This document shows positions 53,619-64,000 of a DNA stretch of 64,000 bases, piece after piece (the first letter of the stretch is position 1; each line of letters starts with the position of its first letter). Where the stretch lies: NCBI GenBank assembly GCA_964016885.1, contig OZ024740.1, positions 209,622,001 through 209,686,000 on the forward strand, read 5' to 3'. This DNA is from Eledone cirrhosa (taxonomy: Eukaryota). Below the pieces are notes generated by a model. The model had not been told where the DNA came from. It made no database searches and was given only the letters and a program-made list of their open reading frames with translations. Position numbers and translations under genes: made by a program.

Positions 53619-53705
53619 CATATTACATGTTTCACTGTCGATCAGCTGAAGGGACGATCGAGTATGTTCGTTCCTGACTCTGGAATCGAAAGATCCTCAG
53701 ATATG
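53619..53705 (-). ncRNA. Type I hammerhead ribozyme motif with enlarged stem II
   Basis: CAUAU-CUGAGGA-[60-nt stem II domain]-GAAA-CAUG-UA-AUAUG: 5-bp stem I, GUA cleavage triplet. Confidence 0.7.
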
Positions 53706-55821
53706 AGCTTTCACATATAGACTCACATCCAATATATATGGATAAAATCACCTGTTTAGACATGGAGAGGAGATGGGCTCCACTAGGTTTAATATGCCCA
53801 AGACTACGGCGCCCTTACGACTCTATCAGGAGTAGCGGGTCCATGCATACATTATATTATATGAATGACATTTTTATTGATTTGTTTCTTTTGCGAGCCA
53901 GCATAGTTGCAGTCTAATAACAGAAATCATTTAAAAAAATAAATGATAGAATAGTTTGCCAAAAGAAAAAAGAGAAAATGACAGAATAAACAGAAAAATA
54001 AAAAGGAAATCCTTCAACAATCAATGTCTTTTTTCCCCATATTCTATTTTAAATTTTATCCCGTTAGATTAAGCACACCCAACATTCTTTGTTTTGTTAA
54101 AATGTCTACATTTTAAGAAGTTCCGGGAAAATAATAAAAAAAAAAAACCGTATTGTTTCATAAAAGGATTGGTGTTGTCTGACAGTGTGAAAGACGAGAT
54201 TAAGTAGGTTCCTGGTTGATAATAATATAGTCATTGATAAAAACAGATAAGTGTATTAAGAGGCCCATCATTCGATTCCGGTATTAATAACGGTATTAGT
54301 AACAGCGATAGCACTTACAGTTCTTCAACTTAAGATAAGTGATCTCAGACTTGGTTCTCCGAAAACACACCTCTGCATTCCTAACTGTCACTAATAATTA
54401 ATATTAAAATTAATATTAAAATGGCTTCTGATTTAGGCACAAGACCAGTAATTCGGGTGGAGATGGGAGGTGGTGTGAGAAAACTTGATTACATCGACCC
54501 TAGTACTTGAATAGTACTATATTTTATCGACCCCGGAGGAATGAGAGGTCAAGTTGACATCAGAGAGATTTGAAGACATAACATAAAGGATCATAATTGA
54601 ATACCTCAAAACATTTTGTCTGACTTTCTAACGATTCTGCCAATTCAAGTCCCAGATAGCTGATGTTCGGATGGTAACAGCTACAAACAGCTTACAATTA
54701 TCTTTTGAACCTACTCCTATTACTGCAGACCTGTCAATTCTCTCCGTCTGACGAGGAGGTTTGCAACAGCCTTTGGGATGGGTGAAAGATGTCTTCTCTT
54801 GTGAAAATGGGTATAGCTTTCCGGTGGATTGGCAGTATCGGTAGAGGGTCGGACGCCATGCTTTCCAGCATAGTTACGTCCCTTTACGATCTGAGTTCAA
54901 TTCCCGCCGAGGTTGACTTTGCCTTTCATCCTTACGGGGTCGATAAAATAAAGTACCAGTAATGCACTGGGTAATTGCTGGCTTTGTGCCTAAAGTAGAA
55001 AAAATTATGTAAAATCTCCCCATTTTGCTTCATTTCTACCCGCTTTGGGGCACTTTTTTTCATGGTTCTCCCTGTTTGAGTTTTTAGAGGTTGGCAGGTC
55101 TGTTACTGTTACAAAATATTTCATTTTGTGTTGAGTGTATCATCGATTAAACCGACCACAGTATTTGACTGGTAATTATTTTATCGATCGCGAATGAATG
55201 AATGAAAGATAGAGTCAAACGTTATAGGCGTTAAACTCAGAACATATTGAACAGTAATGTAGTCAAGAGGGGGATGGGGTGGTTTATTCTAGGTGCCATT
55301 TGCATATTTGTTTCGTATTTATTATATTGTTTTTCGTTAAGGTGTGGCGGAGCCAGACCGGCACCAACTCTAATTTCGCCACTGGTAAAGAGATATGGCT
55401 ACAAAATCATTCAATATAGTTGTAACATAAACTCAGACCACATGACAACACTATTCTTAGATATAAACGTAGATATAAGGAACAACTGAAACAAATGTTT
55501 ACATATTCATGGGGATAGTGTGTGTCCTCACAGATATAACATATCTGCAGTAAAATCTCTTCTGGAACGAGTATTTAAATATTTATCCACAAAAGAATCA
55601 TTAGTGAGACAAACATTAGTTAATAATTGATAATTAAACACGTCATTAGATCAAACTAGATCAAACTGTGAAACAAAAACAATGGTAACAGATATCAGAT
55701 ACATCAATAGGTAAAAAATACACATTTCTCATATATAGTATCATATATTACACGAATGAAATAAACCTTAGTTACAGAATGGATGAATACATCATAAAAC
55801 TACTCATAAAACAACACACAT

Positions 55822-55897
<76 letters not shown>

Positions 55898-55925
55898 ATC
55901 AAAAGATGGTTAAATGAGTTCCATG

Positions 55926-55996
55926 TATTTTATTATGCGCATTTCAAAAACAAATATCATCATGCAATAACATTTGTGTTTTCATCAGATAAAATA
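55926..55996 (-). ncRNA. Type I hammerhead ribozyme motif (best preserved)
   Basis: Minus strand reads UAUUUUAU-CUGAUGA-[about 16-bp stem II hairpin]-GAAA-UGCGCA-UA-AUAAAAUA: perfect 8-bp stem I, intact core, palindromic stem III. Confidence 0.8.
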
Positions 55997-56099
55997 GGAA
56001 GACATGATATAAAGGTTAAAAACACTTGTGGATAGTGCAGTTTTAAATCAACATATTGTACTACAATAAAACTCACCTCCTACATATATATATATATAC

Positions 56100-56168
<69 letters not shown>

Positions 56169-56197
56169 TATATACTATCCGGGAGCGTCCAACAGTA

Positions 56198-56238
56198 ATG
56201 TCTACGCCATTTTTATCAGATAAAAATGGCGTAGACAT
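56198..56238. repeat. Perfect 20-bp inverted repeat with 1-nt spacer
   Basis: atgtctacgccatttttatc-a-gataaaaatggcgtagacat. Confidence 0.95.
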
Positions 56239-56273
56239 ACAATACAACAGGAGGAACAGGAGGAAGATATAAC

Positions 56274-56315
56274 ACCACTGACGATGTTGCAGATGTGCAA
56301 CGAAAGATTTATGAT
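56274..56315 (+). ncRNA. Minimal type I hammerhead ribozyme motif
   Basis: ACCA-CUGACGA-U-GUUGCA-GAUG-UGCAAC-GAAA-GAUU-UA-UGAU: perfect 6-bp stem II, one mismatch in stem I. Confidence 0.6.
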
Positions 56316-56525
56316 AAACTATATATATGTGTTTGTGTCTATATTGTATCTGTATTATTTTTGACCGTCGGTCAGTCAATGGCAACATTGAGGACCGAGT
56401 AAGTTAGATTACCGATATAAAAGACACAGAAGCGAGAAGCGAAAACCAACCAAACAGTGAGTGTGTTCTGTTAATAATTCTAGCAATATTACACAAATAT
56501 GACCCTCCCCAAGTATAACAATATA

Positions 56526-56565
<40 letters not shown>

Positions 56566-57139
56566 TATATTCATGTACAAATATTTCGTTTTCCATATTA
56601 TCAGACTCTGCTGCGAAGGAGCATAGAGTGATCAACCGGCACACTGCTTATGGACGCATCCAAGCAACCTTACTACAAATATATATATATATATAATCCG
56701 ATGCTTAGTATGAATGAGTTAGCAAACCACTCGACAAGGTACGTCCTTAGAGTAATAACATACGTTTAAATAGCTTGACAAATTGAACATTGTGGTAGGC
56801 AAAATCCAACACACACTACCAAAGTAACGAAAGAACTAACAGGTTGAGAAAAAATACACCTGGACAAATCAAACGTTATACGTTTAAAGTGTTTCTATGA
56901 ATCCGAAATCAAATATCAGACTTACGTAACTGTCAAGCTCGTGGTATGTATATATATGATATGAGGAAAGCAATTAAGTATTGCATATGATTGAACAATA
57001 TATATTGTAGTCATCATAGGTAGACTATTAAAATAGGCACAGAAACATAGGTTAAAACCAATAAATTCTTCTACTAACTCCTCTCCCCGAAGTCTATAGT
57101 TTTCTTGGTGTTACACTTGTCTATATTATATTATATTAC

Positions 57140-57188
<49 letters not shown>

Positions 57189-57244
57189 TTTCCGTAGGAA
57201 AGGTAAAGGAAAGGAGAGTGCTCTTTGTAGGCTACAGAGCTATT

Positions 57245-57487
<243 letters not shown>

Positions 57488-57542
57488 ATAGAAAAAAACG
57501 AGGAAGTTTCGTTTACATATGAAAAATATTTATTGTGTAACA

Positions 57543-57634
57543 ACTTGTTATGCGCGTTTCGCAAAGGATTGGCTCAAGGTAGCCCATAGGAATTATGGAC
57601 CCGACTCCAGTATCGATCTGCTCGTCAGACTGGT
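57543..57634 (-). ncRNA. Degenerate hammerhead motif with enlarged stem II
   Basis: ACCAGU-CUGACGA-GCAGA...UUUGC-GAAA-CGCGCA-UA-ACAAGU; stems I and III partly mismatched; AATAAA downstream. Confidence 0.55.
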
Positions 57635-57972
57635 GATGTGACAAAAAATATATTTTTTCATATGTAAACAAAGCTTGCTGGTTTTTTTCTATTGTATACA
57701 CTCTGCCTGTGCATAGAGTGCTTGATTTGGTGCCAACAGCAGTATTTCCTGTACTACCCCCCACACACACTATATATATATATATACAAATATATGTATG
57801 TATATATATATATATATGTATTATATATATATATATATATATATTCATTAGTTAAGCAAAACAAGAGCACAAACTTCACAAGGACGACATTATTAAAATA
57901 TTGTCAACATATTTTAGTTTGATGTAAGGAATGTAGAGAATAATAATAATAATATTAATAATAATAATGTCC

Positions 57973-58090
57973 GTTTACAATTGTTTCGCTACTCCATATA
58001 ATATTTCTGGATCAAATGATTATAGATCATTATTGATCTGGTTCAGTTGAAAATAATTAACATCTTTAAAACAGAGCGGCTCATCGGAAC
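57973..58090 (-). ncRNA. Degenerate hammerhead motif in the 3' region of the Penelope-like element
   Basis: GUU-CCGAUGA(one core change)-GCCGCUC...GAGUAGC-GAAA-CAAUUG-UA-AAC, about 380 nt 3' of the GIY-YIG stop. Confidence 0.55.
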
Positions 58091-58468
58091 TTCAAATTAA
58101 TATAAATTAAGATAAGGAGAGAATGTTACATAATGTAATGTTCCATATATTGGTATTTCACTATGGTGTCCTGGGTGTATCAATTGTCAGCCATAATCAA
58201 GCAGTATTCATCTGTCGAGGCTGCATTGTATGAGATCTGCCTATGGGTAACAAGATGGCCGCCAATGGACATATTTACCTTACTAATTAGAGGGTGGTTT
58301 CAGGAGAAGTAACTCCTCGAGAGATTAGAAATTGTGGGTAGTTTGTAGTTAAGTGCTAATTTTTTATTTTTTTAATTGCGAGACAATGTAGGGGAGGTAA
58401 CTTATAATTATCTAAGTTAGTTATAGCTATTTAACTTATTAGCTACAAGTAAAAATGGGGCTAGATAA

Positions 58469-60087
58469 CTATGTTGGATCAAATATTCTGTTGGCGAAGG
58501 AATTAGCCCTTCGATGTTGACAGCTAATAGTTACCGCCGTTCTATCGTTAATCGGTAGAGGTCGTGATAGAGTTATGTAATAGGCTTCGGTAATACAGAG
58601 ATCACAAGATTTTCTTCGTCCATTGAACGGTTGGGCCCTAGCTAAAATATCCCATGTTAGTGAGTGTTCAATGTTGGTTAATTTAAGGTTTTTAATGAGC
58701 CTAGCTAGAGATGTCGAACATCTGTTGTTAGGGTCTCGGAAGGAAAAAGAGTGCGCGTTATAGCGTACCTTAAAAGGGTTAGAGGTAGACCCGATATAGG
58801 AGCTGGTATTCGAAGCAGTTTTAACCGTGCACTATAGACTATGTTGGGTGCCAGGCAGTGTCCATTTAGTGGGTATGCATTAGGGTAACGGCAGTTGCAG
58901 TTGCTTCTGCGGTTAGTGAGAGTAGGGTATTGTAACCTAAGCGGTTGGTCAGTATTAGAAGGATTAGATGGGGGAGGTGTGCTACTAGAGTAAGTATTGG
59001 TGTAGTGGCGTGGTGTATTTGATAGGGGTGGTGGTACCGCGGTGTGGGAGTTATACTGTCTTAGTTTATGATGGTTACTGAATGCGATGTGGCTAGCTAG
59101 GTTAGGTGTTGTGGAGAATGAGATTTTAATGTTATTTTTATTAAAGAGTTTGTAATATCTATGGTGGGGAGGGGGGATGTTTAGATAGGATAGAGAAGAA
59201 GCGTTTAGGGATATTAGTGGCTAGATTAGATGAGAATGCCAGGTGATATTTCTAGGCCTATTCCTTCTAGGGGTTCTAGTGGAGTTGGTAGGGGCCTTCC
59301 TAGGGTTATTATTACCTGGGGATTTGTTATTTGTCATCCCATTTCTCATTCCTATTCTAGGGTTGATTTTTAGTTTGCTACTTGGAGTGGGGAGCAGGCC
59401 GCTGCCACCATTAAAGTTCCCTGTATAGGTGCTGTAACTGCTAAAATTCCGGCGAATCTGGCTATATGCTAAGGTATTTCTAGTTCTAGTGTTAAGTTTA
59501 TTATGGTGAGTTGCTGTGTTATGGCATTTAGATATGTAGTAAATGGATTGTTCATAACCAGATTCAGAAAGAGCCTTATTATAATATTGTGCATGGTTTA
59601 TAAATATCTCCTCATTTGCTGATAGCATGGAGATCCTATACGAGATAGATTTGATTACTGCTCTGATGACTGCCGGTGGGTGGTTAGAGTGTGGACTAAT
59701 ATATGTGAGTATTTCACCTGGTTTATGGTAAGGGTAATATAGGTTATTGTTGTGATCCAGGGTGACGTCTAGGGAGTTTACTACTTTATGGTTCGGCTCG
59801 ATGGTGATAGAGAGATGTTATTTTTAAAGATCGTCTCTGTATATTCCGCCTTGCAAGGGTTGGATTTCGGCTCTGACATTATGTAATAGGTAAATTCCAA
59901 CTAAATCGGTGATTTGCGCAGAGTCACTTGAGCCCATCGTGATGTCAAAGTTGTCTGTTCTGTCTTTTCTAGTCCAGAGTGCTCCGTTGAATTCAATGAT
60001 GGTCTGCCTAGCCATAAGTATGATGTCAATCTCATTATTGGTTATGTCCGAGTAGCTGCTTTCTACTGCATATTGCACATTGAGCAC
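58469..60087 (-). pseudogene. Frameshifted Penelope-like RT/GIY-YIG ORF remnant
   Basis: Pieces in ORFs 59824-60087 and 59221-59628, plus the GIY-YIG region at about 58469-58910 read across a frameshift; several stops and frameshifts. Confidence 0.85.
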
Positions 60088-60163
60088 ATGCCTTTACGCT
60101 TTGGCTTCTAACTAATTCACCAATCTCTCCTCTCCTATCTCCATCTCTCTCTTTAAGATTGAA

Positions 60164-60231
<68 letters not shown>

Positions 60232-60475
60232 CATTTATGTTGTGTCGTTCACCAATGGACAGATCTGGTCATTTAATTTATCAAATCTCTTTCGACTAAA
60301 AAGAGAGACGAAAGAGATTTGATAATTTAAATATGACAAATAAAGCACCACCCGGTTACTAAACCAACAGAAGAATGGATTAGTGGATTAGTTACCAAAC
60401 TATAATTGAAACTCAAATGAAAATCAAATGGTGCGTGTGTTTTTATCGGCAACATGACACTTCCATAGTATAACA

Positions 60476-60660
<185 letters not shown>

Positions 60661-62054
60661 TCATTACAACAAATATTCAAAACATTCTCTTAGGCATGAA
60701 ACCACAAGTTTGCAATCCAGAGGACGTATTTCAGACAAGCAAAGAAATAAATGTATTTCACTGTAAACATGGACGTTGTAAACTTCCTGACACAATCTAT
60801 TACATCAGACACATTGTACGACACTTGTTCGTGCATTATAACAAGGGCGGTGAATTGGCAGTATTGGTAGAGGGTCGGACGCCATGCTTTCCAGCATAGT
60901 TACGTCCCTTTACGGTCTGAGTTCAAATCCCGTCGAGGTTAACTTTGCCTTTCATCTTTACGGGGTCGATAAAATAAGGTACCAGTAATGTACTGAATAT
61001 TTGCTGGCTTTGTGCCAAAATTAGAAACAATTATAACAAGGAGCAATTAAAGCACATTATAATACTAAACACAGAACAAAACTAAACAGGAAAGGATTAG
61101 TTAATAAAACTACCATCCTATATAAAATTGCTCCAAAATCTATTAATAGTAAACGACAATTTAAAAAAATAACAGAACACAGACAAAGGTCACAATACTT
61201 ATGAAAGTAACCTTGAGTTAACTGTTAATCAATTGTAAATCCAGTGGTTCTTATTTAATCAGCTACAATATAATTTCTGTGATCACCTGCCCACTTTATT
61301 TTACTTTATAGGTTCGGAGGAAGGAGCAATGTCTAACAGATGAACCTAATTCTAAGTACATTATCTTATTAATCCTACACTCCTTGAAATCTTACTTTCC
61401 TCTTATTATTTTTATTATTTTTATGAACATCTCAATGTATCCCTAATATTATTCATGATGTTCTCTATATCTACCATGCATATTTTGCTATTTTATTACC
61501 TTTATTGTTTCTATTATTGTTGTTATCACTGTCTTATTTATACACGATTTGTTATCGATCCTGTGAAAACTAAACCCCCATGATTCGAACTAACAATCCC
61601 TATCTTTAGTATAGGCCACTTAAATAACGAATCTACAACTCCATTTAACACCACATAAAAACTATCATCCTCACTAAATTAATAAAACGAAAATGTTTAT
61701 CTGTCAAACAATAAGTAAATCTCCGGTTTATTGTCAGCATACCAACAGCAAAGTAGATACATCATAAATCCTGTCTCCAAGTACATTTTAGTTGTTACTG
61801 TTATCTAGTCGCCACCTTAACACTATATCTATTGTACCCTATAGCAGTTTTCACATGTCAATTCCATACATCTGTATCATATCAGTTTGTTTAACATGCT
61901 AGATTCATCATTATACTCTATTTCTTACTTATATTGATGTTATTATTTTAACTATTTGCTATCTAGTTATTTTATTTTATTATTGATATTATTGTTCTGG
62001 TTTAATACCACTCCTAGATAAAAGCCATGCCTTGTGTATCTTCTTCATTTCGCC

Positions 62055-62164
62055 TGCTCTGATGAAAACGACTGGTTATAAACAAAGTATTGGAGATCGA
62101 TTGGCGCATAATCAGGCAGATAGCGAACTCTAGACCTACCAGATCAAAGAAACAATTGTCAGCA
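62055..62164 (+). ncRNA. Type I hammerhead ribozyme motif with long stem II insert
   Basis: UGCU-CUGAUGA(62059-65)-[83 nt]-GAAA-CAAUUG-UC-AGCA, with AATAAA at 62170; the base of stem II pairs poorly. Confidence 0.6.
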
Positions 62165-62388
62165 ATGTGAATAAAGCCCTTATTGTATAGTGAACCATGT
62201 CACTCTTCTTTCTTGAATTATTATTACTCCAAGTATAAACTACATAGAAATTACCGCGAACTCGCAGCATCACTATGGAAACGTCTTGTTGAGTCAAACT
62301 AAGCCACACGTTAATACTATCCACTACACGGAGTACTCTAACTGGACTACATCTAAGTGGACTACCTATAACGATAACCTGTTATCCC

Positions 62389-62483
<95 letters not shown>

Positions 62484-63297
62484 GATTGGTGCTCTGAAAT
62501 AGCGATGTATACATGAATGTATGTATAGTATATTAAAGTAGTGACTATGTCACTACTTTAAAAATGATAACGTAAGGTCTTCAAAATGTTTGTAATTAAA
62601 CATACGGTATATTGCCAAATATAGTATGCATACATCCAGCTTCTCGCTACAACAATTTCTATACCTTTCATTTATATATTTATACTCGGATTTTTTTCCT
62701 GGAGTGCTTAAATTATTTGTGACTAATCCCGGTTTTTTTAATAAAAACTGCGATAATATTGCTTTTTGCTGAACTCCTTTTGTAGAGTTTTTTTCGGAAT
62801 GTATTTAACTGTTGTTTCTTGTAAACAAACATTCGCCTCATTCTGACGTCACTAGCCCTGTTTTCCTCATGTGCGTTTTTCATAATCACGCATGATGGTG
62901 AACTAGCCAGTTTTAAAATTCCCTTTTTGGCATATAAATCTGTGAGAGTCCTGGTTATCGAGTTGAGCTCTGCTGACGATTGAAATCCAACCGTGACCAT
63001 CTCCACTGAAAGTTTTCATGAAATAGTCTTTAAGATTATACAGAGCATTTGAAGTTTTTCCAAATTGAAGGATGAGTATTTTAGACTTTATTTTATCATG
63101 AGTTAAGGCTCTATTGATTTTTCCCTGGATTTCTCTAAATTCTATGGATGAATTTATATCCTAATTCTATTTGAGATGAGTTTGAATTATTTTTCCAACA
63201 TCTTACGTTAACTATTTTCCCATTTTGACGCTATAGTCACTTATATATTATGGAATACTGTTAGCTTCTCGCTACAACAATTTCTATACCTTTCATT

Positions 63298-63330
<33 letters not shown>

Positions 63331-63409
63331 ATATATGTATATATATACATATATATGTGTATGTGTGTGTGTATATATGTATATATATACATATATATGT
63401 GTATATATG

Positions 63410-63466
<57 letters not shown>

Positions 63467-63497
63467 ATATATGTATATATATATATCTATATCTATC

Positions 63498-63571
<74 letters not shown>

Positions 63572-63674
63572 ACTGTTGCAACTATTTATATATATATATA
63601 TATAATAATTGTTTCTACTTTTTGGCACAAGGCCAGCAACTACCCCAAAGGATGAAATGTGAAATTACATTACG

Positions 63675-63757
63675 TTTATTCAGCTGTGATGCGCATTTCG
63701 CTATTGATCAGTTCAAGGTTCGATCTCTATCGACAGGCCCAACTCTGGAATCAAAAG
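63675..63757 (-). ncRNA. 5'-truncated hammerhead module inserted within a SINE
   Basis: Minus strand ...gattccagagttggg...ccttgaactgatcaatagc-GAAA-UGCGCA-UC-acagctg-AATAAA; the CUGANGA box is missing. Confidence 0.45.
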
Positions 63758-63799
63758 GTGAAGTTGACCTCAGTGGGATTTGAACTCAGAAAGAAAAGA

Positions 63800-63930
63800 G
63801 ATGGTGGTGATCATGATGATGATGATGAGGATGATAGTGGTGATGGTGGTGATGATGATGGTGATGATGGTGGTGGTGGTGGTGGTCATGATAGAGATCA
63901 TGATGATAGTGATGGTTGTGGTGGTGATCC

Positions 63931-63963
<33 letters not shown>

Positions 63964-64000
63964 CGATGATGGTGGTGTTGGTGGTGGTGATGATGATGAT
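63800..64000. repeat. (GAT)n/(GGT)n trinucleotide microsatellite
   Basis: Direct reading. Confidence 0.95.

Larger units (their letters stand above)
57850..60090 (-). mobile_element. 5'-truncated, decayed Penelope-like retroelement (RT + C-terminal GIY-YIG endonuclease)
   Basis: Manual minus-strand translation gives RT motifs ITMGSSDSAQITDLVGIYLL...GGIYRDD, a thumb region VNSLDVTLD...PYHKP...SNHPP...ISYRISMLS, a linker RNITW, then CNCRYPNAYPLNGHCLAPNIVY/SYIGSTSNPFKVRYNAH...CDLCITE...CQH. Bounded by (TA)n tracts. Confidence 0.9.

Noticed and set aside
54745-54800. CTGACGA...GAAAGATGTC
   Set aside because: G.G mismatch in stem III and no stem I.
60745-60815. Minus-strand CTGATGT...GAAATACATTTA
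   Set aside because: The core is mutated and stems are unconvincing.
62713-63006. 97-aa minus-strand ORF as a host gene
   Set aside because: No recognisable motif or splice support, and it lies in a repeat-bounded module.

Overview
AT-rich, microsatellite-dense animal genomic DNA. The repeat content (tRNA-derived SINEs with (ATG)n RTE-type tails, RTE LINE fragments, TTAA-flanked MITEs, very abundant (TA)n/(CA)n) suggests an octopod cephalopod, but this is an inference. Only one host coding region is convincing: a 391-codon, probably terminal, + strand exon at 37408-38583 encoding a coiled-coil plus disordered protein. Almost all other ORFs in the track are low-complexity or TE artefacts. Recognisable TEs are a DD37D-type Tc1/mariner remnant, Helitron, hAT, pogo-like and piggyBac-like MITEs, RTE fragments and a 5'-truncated Penelope-like element (RT + GIY-YIG) at about 57.85-60.1 kb. 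The most interesting signal is about ten complete, degenerate or partial type I hammerhead-ribozyme motifs (CUGANGA...GAAA-palindrome-UH), read by eye at 32.3-32.8 kb and 53.6-63.8 kb. Most sit in short modules wedged between (TA)n tracts. Four share an enlarged stem II domain with a compensatory base change, and several modules carry long fold-back palindromes. No true tRNA, rRNA or CRISPR array was seen. Repeat boundaries are approximate and no computation was run.
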